Of a stretch of DNA of 64,000 bases, positions 1 through 9,740 are shown piece after piece. Source of the stretch: Somniosus microcephalus (taxonomy: Eukaryota); assembly GCA_052327205.1 (NCBI GenBank), contig CM126203.1, positions 153,078,001-153,142,000 on the forward strand, written 5' to 3'. The notes beneath the pieces were generated by a model. That model saw nothing but the letters and a program-made list of their open reading frames with translations, made no database searches and was not told where the DNA came from. Position 1 is the stretch's first letter, and each line of letters starts with the position of its first letter. Both the position numbers and the translations under genes were made by a program.

Positions 1-54
1 AGGGGACAGTGATGTGTGGATCCCGAGTGGTGATTCCACCCAAGTTAAGGGAGA

Positions 55-1134
55 GTGCTAAATGAGCTTCATGAAGGTCATCTGGGAGGGGTGAAAATGA
101 AAAGCCTTGCTAGGGCTTATGTGTGGTGGCCGGGGATCGATCAACAAATCGAGGACCTAACCAAGAGCTGCTCAGGAAGCCAGAAGGTCCAAAATGCACC
201 ACCACATGCCCCTCTACACCCATGGGAGTGGCCCTCCTCTCCATGGCAATGGGTGCACATTGATTTTGCTGGTCCGTTCATGGACTCAATGTTCTTAATA
301 GCAGTGGATGCTCACTCGAAATGGCCTGAGGTGATAAAAATGTCCTCAACCACTACAGAGAAAACGATTGCAGTCCTACGGACCATATTTGCCAGGAACG
401 GCTTGCCAGAGCAGATGTGCTCTGATAATGGACCACAGTTTGTGTCCGAAGAGTTTCGGAAATTCATGAGAAGGAATGGGGTCAGGCACTACACATCCGC
501 CCCGTATCATCCAGCCACAAATGGATTGGCTGAGAGGTTCGTACAAACCTTTAAAAAGGCGATAAAGGCCATGTGCAACAATGAAATTCCACTACAGCAT
601 AAGGTGGACAATTTCCTATTAGCCTACAGAAATGCGACACATGCAGTCACCAACCAGACCCCGGCCATGATGTTCTTTAACCGAAGGTTGAGATCTCGTC
701 TGGATTTGCTCAGACCAAATGTGCGGAGAAATGTTGAGGATAAACAATTCCAGCACATCAATGAGAAGCCGACAAGGAGCTTCAATGTAGGACAACCAGT
801 CTTGGCCCATGACTACCGAACAGAGAAATGGCAACCCGGAACGATATGCACAAGGCAGGGGCCATTAATGTACACAGTGGATGTCGGGGAGAACATTGTG
901 AGACGCCACGTCGATCAGATCTTAGCGTCACAGGAACGAGTCAACCCCATGTCTCGAGTACCTGGGGATAAACCCGACATACCGGTAGCATCTACCTCAG
1001 AACCAGTAGCAGTGGAAACCGATGAACTAACCGACGAAAAGGGGCCAGAATCGCCTCCGCACCAAGAACAAGAACCTCAGGAAAGGCGCTATCCCAAAAG
1101 GATCAGGAAGCCGCCCCAAAGACTGAATCTATAA
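55..1134 (+). CDS. pol: Gypsy/Ty3 LTR retrotransposon Pol C-terminus (integrase); 5' part lies outside the window
   Basis: Zinc-binding region LHEGH...CSGS (last Cys lost). D,D35E motifs HIDF / SDNG / LAER. C-terminal RRYPKRIRKPPQRL is typical of this group. Followed by a PPT and LTR. Confidence 0.95.
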   Translation: MLNELHEGHLGGVKMKSLARAYVWWPGIDQQIEDLTKSCSGSQKVQNAPPHAPLHPWEWPSSPWQWVHIDFAGPFMDSMFLIAVDAHSKWPEVIKMSSTTTEKTIAVLRTIFARNGLPEQMCSDNGPQFVSEEFRKFMRRNGVRHYTSAPYHPATNGLAERFVQTFKKAIKAMCNNEIPLQHKVDNFLLAYRNATHAVTNQTPAMMFFNRRLRSRLDLLRPNVRRNVEDKQFQHINEKPTRSFNVGQPVLAHDYRTEKWQPGTICTRQGPLMYTVDVGENIVRRHVDQILASQERVNPMSRVPGDKPDIPVASTSEPVAVETDELTDEKGPESPPHQEQEPQERRYPKRIRKPPQRLNL

Positions 1135-1220
1135 ATGGACTATTGTTGTTTAATGTACATGTTAAAGTGTTAATTGTTATTTGAATATTATGGGTACTGC
1201 TAATCTAAAAGGGGAGGAAT

Positions 1221-1407
1221 TGTAGTGTATGTACCTTTAAGAGAGAACTACTTTTACAGCTCCTGTATACTGTAGTACCGGCAGTGACCACACCCGTATA
1301 TAAGCCTTGAGCATGCCTCTGTACCCCCAGTCTTGAGACTACCCTACTCCAGTAAATACTTGTTGATTGTTAAGTTACAGCATCCGTGTGGTTATTGAAA
1401 AACATCA
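1221..1407 (+). mobile_element. Gypsy 3' LTR (~187 bp) preceded by a polypurine tract
   Basis: AAAAGGGGAGGAA PPT at ~1207-1219, then TGTAG...ACATCA. Internal TATATAA and an AGTAAA polyA-like motif. Right end inferred from the CA terminus only. Confidence 0.8.
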
Positions 1408-1432
1408 TACTCTCAGAATCACGGATCTAACA

Positions 1433-2710
1433 AGATTGAAGGGGGAGAGAGGAGTGGAGATTGAAGGGGGAGAGAGGAGAGGAGATTGAAGGGGGGAGAG
1501 AGGAGAGAGCGGATCGAAGGGGAGAGAAGAGAGGAGATTGAAGGGGAGAGAGGAGAGGAGATTGAAGGGGAGAGAGGTGCGAGGATCGAAGGGGGAGAGA
1601 GGAGAGGAGATCGAAGGGGAGAGAGGAGTGGAGATTGAAGGGGGAGAGAGGAGAGGAGATTGAAGGGGGAGAGTAGAGGAGATTGAAGGGGGAAGAGGAG
1701 AGGAGATTGAAGGGGAGAGAGGAGAGGAGATTGAAGGGGAGAGAGGAGAGGAGACTGAAGGGGAGAGAGGAGAGGAGATTGAAGGGGAGAGAGGAGAGGA
1801 GATTGAAGGAGAGAAAGGAGAGGAGATTGAAGGGGGAGAGAGGAGATTGAAGGGGAGAGAGGAGCGAGGATCGAAGGGGGAGAGAGGAGAGGAGATTGAA
1901 GGGGGAGAGGAGAGGAGATTGAAGGGGGAGAGGAGGAGATTGAAGGGGGAGAGAGGAGATTGAAGGGGAGAGAGGAGAGGAGATTGAAGGGGAGAGAGGA
2001 GAGGAGATTGAAGGAGAGAGAGGAGAGATTGAAGGAGGGAGAGGAGATTGACGGGGAGAGAGGAGAGGAGATTGAAGGGGAGAGAGGGGAGGAGATTGAA
2101 GGGGGAGGGGAGAGGAGATTGAAGGGGAGAGAGGAGAGGGGATTGAAGGGGAGAGAGGAGAGGAGATTGAAGGGGAGAGAGGAGAGGAGGTTGAAGGGGG
2201 AGAGAGGAGATTGAAGGGGAGAGAGGAGCGAGGATCGAAGGGGGAGAGAGGAGAGGAGATTGAAGGGGGAGAGGAGAGGAGATTGAAGGGGGAGAGGAGA
2301 GGAGATTGAAGGGGAGAGAGGAGATTGAAGGGGGAGAGAGGAGAGGAGATTGAAGGGGGAGAGAGGAGAGGAGATTGAAGGGGGAGAGGACAGGAGATTG
2401 AAGGGGAGAGAGGAGAGGCGATTGAAGGGGAGAGAGGAGAGGAGATTGAAGGGGGAGAGAGGAGATTGAAGGGGGGGAGAGAGGAGATTGAAGGGGGGAG
2501 AGGAGAGAGAGGAGATTGAAGGGGAGAGAGGAGATTGAAGGGGGAGAGGAGAGGAGATTGAAGGGGGGAGAGGAGAGAGAGGAGATTGAAGGGAGAGAGG
2601 AGAGGAGATTGAAGGGGGAGAGAGGAGATTGAAGGGGGAGAGAGGAGATTGAAGGGGGAGAGAGGAGATTGAAGGGGGAAAGAGGAGAGAGAGGATCGAA
2701 GGGGGGGGAG
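1433..2710. repeat. Purine-rich minisatellite, unit ~20-26 bp (GAGGAGATTGAAGGGGGAGA[GGAGA])
   Basis: Directly visible tandem array, almost entirely A/G on the + strand. Confidence 0.97.
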
Positions 2711-2910
2711 GAGAGGAATTCGGGGGGAGAAAGTCAGGAACTTGTTGGGGGGGAGCATGGTATGAACAGTGGGGAGGGGGGAAGAACGTGATCCAGGTCT
2801 AAAGGAGGGAGGAATGAGAGCAAGAATGTGGTCCAGGTGGGAAGATAGATTGCCTTCTGTTAGGCCTGGATCACGTTCTTCCACCCCCACCCCATTTACA
2901 CCTGCACCAT
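2711..2910 (-). repeat. Copy of an unnamed foldback element (homologous to ~26280-26480, inverted)
   Basis: 22-bp inverted repeat GAAGAACGTGATCCAGGTCTAA / TTAGGCCTGGATCACGTTCTTC. Flanks align to the reverse complement of 26280-26480. Confidence 0.75.
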
Positions 2911-2939
2911 GTTCTCCCTCTCCTCCCCGCCCCCCAGGC

Positions 2940-3008
2940 CGCAGCGGTTCAAGAAGGCAGCTCACGACCACCCTCTCAAGGGCAACTGGGGATAGGCAAT
3001 AAATAAAT
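2940..3008 (+). mobile_element. Short 3' end of a CR1/L2-superfamily LINE (same family as 34140-34827)
   Basis: GCAGCGGTTCAAGAAGGCAGCTCAC...GGCAATAAAT matches ~34715-34777. Confidence 0.8.
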
Positions 3009-3081
3009 TAATTTTGAAAAATGAGAGCCTATTGTGTGTTGGCCCTACAACATGCATAACGTTACATTTATGTGTTATTTG

Positions 3082-3235
3082 CCGGACTCAAATATGCCAA
3101 TGTTCTCCTGGCCAGCCTCCCATCTTCCACCCTCAATGAACTTGAGTTCATCCAAAACTGTGCTGCACGTATCCTAACACGCAGCAAGTTCCATTCACCC
3201 ATCACCCCTGTGCTCGTTGACCTACATTGGCTCAT
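3082..3235 (+). mobile_element. L2 LINE RT C-terminal fragment
   Basis: LKYANVLLASLPSSTLNELEFIQNCAARILTR...SPITPVLVDLHWL is the L2 ORF2 tail; similar to the reverse complement of 50311-50460. Confidence 0.85.
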
Positions 3236-5102
3236 GGTCTACCAAAAACATTCCCTGCTCCATTCTAACTGCCCCCCGCCTGAATTACATTAGGTGGGTG
3301 GCGGGGGGTGGAGGCAGTGGTTAGAGTTCCCCTCACTGAGGCTCGTGTCAGTGTGCTTGGTTATCTTAGCATTTAAAGGAAATCAATCACTAGGTGATGC
3401 ACTGTAGTAATCATACTTTGTGGAACAAGTAAAATTGTTCCACAAAAGCATATTATGCATAATTGTTTTACATGTAAAACATTATGGGCCCGAAAATCCA
3501 TGGCCCTTCCAACGTTGTCCCACCATAAATCCAGCAGAATGCAGTGGAAGGGCTGGGATACATGAGCCCCAGCTTTTCCCACCAGTTCCTGAAGGGTCTT
3601 GTTTAGGGTGGAACCTACATCAGGGGAGAGTGGCTAGGGGACTAGGGGAGGGGACTCCCAGGCCAGGAATGCCCTCATCCCCAGCCAGGTGTACAGCTGC
3701 AGGCTGGTTCACTGAGTGAGTGGAGGTGTACTGGGCTGGTGCAGGTGATGGCCAGCCGCCTGTGCCCCAGAAGATTGTAAACATTTTTGCAGAATTTTTC
3801 CTCTATAAATGGGATGTTTTTCGGATGCCCGTCAGCACCTGTCCCAAAGTAGGCAATCTTTTCCAGAATTAGTAGCCTTCCCTGACTAGCGGGCATCTGA
3901 GCTATGCCCCACGAGAAACGTGTGCAACAGAGGGAAGCACACTTGCCTTTACCTTAGTCCTAATATCAGAACATTTCTTCATTTGCAATCAGGTACAAGT
4001 GAACTGGGTGTCTGGATGGACTTAGTTTACGACCTCCCTCCATCCAGCTGGCATCTGTGCCTTTACTGGAGGGTAGTCTTCAGCACCAAACAGGGCTACC
4101 CTCCTTTGTGGCACCTCCTGCAGCAGGACCTCCAATTCTTTGGTATCAAGGAAGCAGTGTTACCCATACCTCTCCGCTGCTCCATTTTGAATAATTCGTT
4201 TATTCCCCCCTCCCCTCCCCCAACTTGCCCTTTTATGGCAAGCTGACAGGACTTTAAAAGCTGCCTAACTGGAATTTATGGTCCCCAGACAAGTGTGCTA
4301 CAGGCCAAGCTTAGCCTATTCAAAGTAGTGGGCAGGTCTTATGTCCCAAAATTCAGCGCATCCCACCCCTATGCTACGGGTCCAAGTGTGCCCGCTGCAA
4401 TCTCAATTTTGCCAGTTCAGGGCAATAAAGTATCTGTTCCAGTACTGCTGAGACCATCCTTAAGAATGTATTTTCGTTTGGTGACTGGTCTTGATGGTGA
4501 AACTAGGATAGCTGCAGATTCTGATTCCTTCTCACCCTCCAGTGACAACAAGGGTTGGATTATTCAGTCCATGAACTGAGATAATGATTTGATTGGAGTA
4601 CACAGCAAGCCTCAGTGCGCTGACTGAGAACTCAGTGATGATGGAGATGCGGAAATGAGAAATACCTACATCATAATAAAATGCATCATATTCTCCATAG
4701 TCTCCCAGTGTCATATACCAACACAACAGGAATGATGAGTCTCCTTGCCATTTTGTTCTTCGGGAGGTATATTATTACCATTCACTCTTGTACTCAGAAA
4801 TGTGTTGGAAGATTACCAAGACACAAAACCCATTTTGAAGAAAGAATTACTTTAGGTCTTTTTCCCTCTGAGGACTAAAGGAGTAAAAACTAGGGGAAAA
4901 AAAGGTGCTATTAGTCTGACAGGATATTTCTTCCTATCTCCATCACCTATGTAAAAACTGGGATTTTAAATGTCAAAAATGATTGTATCATCTTAGAGAT
5001 GAGTTTTTGAGACATATAATGAGAACAATTTCAGTCATTATCTAACAGGACAAGCATTCACTGATCTTTTCCTTTCCTTTTCAATTTTCTTTTAGAATTC
5101 TG

Positions 5103-5799
5103 GGCCTAGAAATTGGGTTCTGGTCTTGCCAGGGCTGTAGCGCCAGAAAGTTTGCGCCAGCGGTAATGTGGCAGCGCGCGACGAAAATTCGGGTGCGCCG
5201 GGCCCAGACGGCGGCGGGCGCTAAAACCCTCCTTTAGCGCCTCAAAACGGGCGTGAACTTGGGTTTCCCGGCGCTAATCCCCCGCTGCGGCACCTGATGC
5301 GGTGCGGCAGGCGGGGGAACTGCAGGCCTCCTCCTCCTGTTAAGGAGGAGCTGCCTGCAGCCGACAACTGTCCGGCGGATTGACCCGACATCTGACCCCG
5401 GCACCTCGGGGAAGTGCCGGGCTCGCATCAGACACTGATCAGGGCCGCGGGGGGGGAATGCAGGAGTCCGGGAAGGGAGGTGCGGGCAGGCGGCCGCCGG
5501 GAACGCGGCCGGCCGCCGCTCCACCTTTATGCGCCGGCGCACACTGGGGGAAGACTCTGTTGCCAGAGTCTTAGTTGCGCCTGCCACGGGCGAGGCGGGC
5601 GCAACTGAATTTCGGCTTGGGGCCGGGTTACCACGGCAACCGGGACGCTGCGCACACCGATGACGTCATCGGTGCCGGCGCAGCGCTACCGGTGCAACGC
5701 CGATTTAGGGCCCCAGGGAATTTCTCAACTGGCCATAACTCCGGCGCTAGGCCCTCTAGCGCCTCAAATGCGGCGCTAAGCCTACCGAATTTCTAGGCC
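5103..5799. mobile_element. PIF/Harbinger-type MITE, CpG-rich
   Basis: Perfect TIR GGCCTAGAAATT / AATTTCTAGGCC. 3-bp TSD CTG (5100-5102, 5800-5802). Many AGCGCC/GGCGCT motifs. Confidence 0.9.
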
Positions 5800-5952
5800 C
5801 TGATTTCTCATGCTGCTCCTCTTGGAAGTATCAGAAGATAACACGAAACTCTCAGTTAGCATTTCCCTCCCCCCCACCCCCTCCCAACAAGGATACTAAG
5901 TAATATTTTCTACATGTATGTGCTCTGTTTTCATTTGATTAATAGTATGTTT

Positions 5953-6554
5953 CATAGAAACATAGAAAAATAGGAGCAGGAGTAGGCCATTCGGCCCTTC
6001 GAGCCTGATCATGGCTGATCCTCTATCTCAATACCATATTCCCGCTCTCTCCCCATACCCCTGTTCCTGTTGCCTTTTGTGTCTAGAAATCTATCTATCT
6101 CCTTCTTAAATATATTCAGTGACTTGGCCTCCACAGCCTTCTGTGGTAGAGAATTCCACAGGTTCACCACCCTCTGAGTGAAAACATTTCTCCTCATCTC
6201 CGTCCTAAATGTCCTACCCCGTATCCCGAGACTGTGACCCCTCGATCTAGATCCCCCAGCCAGGTGAAACATCCTCCCTGCATCCAGTCTGTCTAGCCCT
6301 GTCAGAATTTTATACGTTTCAATGAGATCCCCTCTCATTCTTCTAAACTCTAGTGAATACAGGCCTAGTCGACCCAATCTCTCCTCATACGACAGTCCTG
6401 CCATCTCAGGAATCAGTCTGGTGAACATTCACTGCACTCCATCTATGGCAAGTATATCCTTTCTTAGATAAGGAGACTAAAACTGCACACAGTACTCCAG
6501 GCGTGGTCTCACCAAGGCCCTGTATAACTGTAGTAGGCCCTGTATAACTGTAGT
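5953..6554 (-). mobile_element. 5'-truncated CR1 LINE (3' end)
   Basis: ORF 6009-6428 FTRLIP...YEERLGRLGLYSLEFRRMRGDLIETYKI; (TTTCTATG)n tail at 5953. Confidence 0.95.
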
Positions 6555-7879
6555 TTCATCCTCTGCTTTTCAAGAATAACATTTTGGAAACAACTTAAGA
6601 ATCTAAAAATGGCCCCCAGTCCTTAAAGGGTTATACAAAATCTATTAAACATTTATCTCTGAGGAGAAACCATGACTGACAAAACCAGAGCACAGGGAAT
6701 AAAGACTGCTGATCTTTGTGATAGCTTTTGATTAATGGCAAATGCTGAATATTACAAGGCAGGTTTAGAGGCATGTACAAAACCAAAATCCTTTCTTCAT
6801 TTCCATTATTCTTCCATTAATGTGCTGCAGGTTAGAAGCGAAAGGGCAGGTATAAATACATGCACTTGTACATGTACATACACAGAAGAAAAATCTACCA
6901 GTTTAGTTTACGCTGTGCATGGACATCATCTTGTGACAAAAGTTTCTTGCAGTATTGTAGGTTTGGTGTCAGACACTGGCAGCTGATGATGGTAGAGAAA
7001 GAGCTTTTAAATTATTTCTGGCCAGTTTCCACTATCTCTAGGGTTATGTATGGTGCTCCTGGGAGGAAGTGCTCAAGAAGGGATATGTGGCTGTGTTGTA
7101 TGGTTGTCTAGTATATATAATGTGAGGAAAATATATCTATATTCTCTATAGGTCCTGGGGGACTATCTACTGGTAGGCATCCATTCAATTTCCTAGCACT
7201 CTAATAGTATTTGGGGAAATATGTTACAATTCCCTGGCTGTTCAGTAGGGGATATGCCAAAGTTCTCTTATCACTGGAGGAGGGAGCATTCTTCCTACTT
7301 GCACATAAGACATAGTTTTCAAACTTTACATTCAGACTGTGTAAGAAACCAAAATTTCAAATCCAGATCCAAGATCCTAATTTGTTTAAATGGTCAATGT
7401 TAATCTCCAGATTTTGTAGTCTTCAATAGGGCATTCCTGTGGTTAATACATAACTGCTTTCTGACTCAGTGGGGTAGATCTTGACTTTATGCAGTAGTCA
7501 AGTCAATGGAAATAAAAATCGGGAGAGATGTAAAACAGGGAGAATCAGCGAGAGCGGACTGACCTGTGAGGGAACAGGTGAAGGAGGAGCGAGGAAATAA
7601 AGCCCGAGGCTCGAGGCCCAGACCGAGCTATTGGGAGTAGCAATGAGAACAGCCCTCAGCAGGCAACATTCGAAAGTGACATCAGAGATTAAAAGTGACG
7701 TCGGCACAAGGGAAGGAGCTGATTGGCAAGTAGGACCTGGTATTTCTACAGTACAGTCGTTAAAGTAAAAGTAAGGTCTCTAGTTTAGAGTAAGTAGTGT
7801 TTAAAGTGAAGTAAGGTCCCTAGTGTATTTAATATTCTTTAATTTAAAGGAAGTAAAGGGAGTAACTTAAGGGTAGGAC

Positions 7880-8830
7880 ATGGCAGAGCAGCTCGGCAGC
7901 GTGGAGTGCTCCTCCTGTGCTATGTGGGAAGTCAGGGACACTATCGGTGTCCAGGGCGAACACATGTGCAGGAAGTGTCTCCAGCTGCAGCTACTCGAAA
8001 TCCGCATTTTGGAGCTGGAGCTGCGGCTGGAGTCACTGTGGAGCATCCGCGAGGCTGAGATCTTCGTGGATAGCACATTTAACGAGCTGGTCACACCGCA
8101 GGTAAAGAGTGCACAGGCAGACAGGGAATGGGTGACCGCCAGACAGAGTAAAAGAACTAGGAAGGTAGTGCAGGAGTCCCCTGGGTCCATCTCCCTCTCC
8201 AACAGATTTTCCATTTTGGATACTGCTGGGGGAGATGGTTTCTCAGGGGAATGCAGCAAGAGCCAAGTCTGTGGCACTGCGAGTGGCTCAGCTGCACAGG
8301 AGGGGAGGAAAAAGAGTGGGAGAGCAATAGTGATAGGGGATTCTATCGTAAGGGGAACAGATAGACGTTTCTGTGGCCGCAGACGTGACTCCAGGATGGT
8401 ATGTTGCCTCCCTGGTGCCAGGGTCAAGGATGTCACTGAATGGCTGCAGGGCATTCTGAAGGTGGAGGGTGAACAGCCAGAGGTCGTGGTCCATATCGGT
8501 ACCAACGACATAGGTAGAAAGAGGGACAAGGTCCTGCAAGCAGAATATAGGGAGCTAGGAAATAAATTAAAAAGCAGGACCTCAAAGGTAGTAAGCTCAG
8601 GATTACTCCCAGTGCCACGTGCTAGCGAGAGCAGAAATAGGAGAATAGACCAGATGAATGTGTGGCTGGAGAGAAGGTGTAGGAGGGAGGGATTTAAATT
8701 CCTGAGGCATTGGGACCGATTCTGGGGAAGGTGGGACCTGTACAAGCTGGCCGGGTTACACCTCGGCAGAAATGGGACCAACATCCTCGCAGGGGGGTTT
8801 GCTAGTGCTGTTGGGAAGGATTTAAACTAG
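7880..8830 (+). CDS. CR1 ORF1p (Cys zinc finger/leucine zipper + SGNH esterase domain)
   Basis: CSSC...HMCRKC, zipper LEIRILELELRL, GDS, GTND, AGLH (DGLH Asp lost). Confidence 0.92.
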   Translation: MAEQLGSVECSSCAMWEVRDTIGVQGEHMCRKCLQLQLLEIRILELELRLESLWSIREAEIFVDSTFNELVTPQVKSAQADREWVTARQSKRTRKVVQESPGSISLSNRFSILDTAGGDGFSGECSKSQVCGTASGSAAQEGRKKSGRAIVIGDSIVRGTDRRFCGRRRDSRMVCCLPGARVKDVTEWLQGILKVEGEQPEVVVHIGTNDIGRKRDKVLQAEYRELGNKLKSRTSKVVSSGLLPVPRASESRNRRIDQMNVWLERRCRREGFKFLRHWDRFWGRWDLYKLAGLHLGRNGTNILAGGFASAVGKDLN

Positions 8831-9740
8831 TTTGTCAGGGGGCTGGGAACCTAAGTGTGGGCCCAGAACAGAGAGAAACAAAGCTGGAAGTGCAAGTTAG
8901 AAAAGTAGTCAGCAAAACTAGTAGGGAGCAGAAACAAAGGCCAACAATCAAGAGGGTCAAAGTGCAGAAAAATATTGAACAGGCAAAGTTGAAGGCACAT
9001 TATCTAAATGCACATAGCATTCACAACAAGGTGGCTGAATTAATGGCACTAATAGAAGTAAATGGGTATGATGTAATTGCCATTACAGAGACATGGTTGC
9101 AGGGTAACCAAAGCTGGGGACTGAATGTTCCAGGGTACTTAACATTTAGGAAGGACAGACAAAAAGGAAAAGGAGGTGGCATAGCGCTGTTAATAAGGGA
9201 TGAGATCGGTACGGTAGATCTTGGCTTGGCAGATCGTGATGTAGAACTGGAATCACTTTGGGTGGAGCTAAGAAACAGCAAAGGGTAGAAAACATTGTGT
9301 ATAGGCCACCAAACAGTAAAGGTAATGTAGGGCACCATATCAATCAAGAGATTAGAAGTGCATGTAACAAGGGCAATACGGTAATCACGGGGGACTTTAA
9401 TTTACATATTGACTGGGCAGATTAAATTACCACTAATGGTGTGGAGGACGAATTCTTGGAATGCATGCGAGATAGTTTCCTGGATCAGTATGTGGAGGAA
9501 CCAACCAGGGAACAGGCTATTCTGGATCTGGTACAGCGTAATGAGAAAGGGCTAATCAATAATCTTGTGGTAAAGAGGCCTTTAGGGATAAGTGACCATA
9601 ATATGACTGAATTTTACATTAAGTTTGAGAGTGATGTAGTCCAGTCTGAAACTAAGGTTTTCAATTTAAACAGAGGAAACTACAAGGGTATGAGGGACAA
9701 GTTGGCCATGGTAGATTGGGAGACTACACTAAAAGGTATG

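Noticed and set aside
1427-2971. 514-aa Ser/Pro/Leu-rich ORF on the - strand
   Set aside because: Translation of the purine-rich minisatellite; no domain content.
3480-4415. Degraded MITE-like sequence starting GGGCCCGAAAAT
   Set aside because: No matching second TIR or TSD could be established.
4536-4665. Possible 130-nt host exon on the - strand (TAG|...|GTGAGA; ISHFRISIITEFSVSALRLAVYSNQ...)
   Set aside because: Weak polypyrimidine tract, peptide not recognised, no partner exons; needs RNA-seq or homology.
7867-8784. Long antisense ORFs over CR1 ORF1/ORF2 (also 20467-21162 and others)
   Set aside because: Shadow frames of LINE coding sequence; their recurrence reflects shared ancestry, not independent genes.
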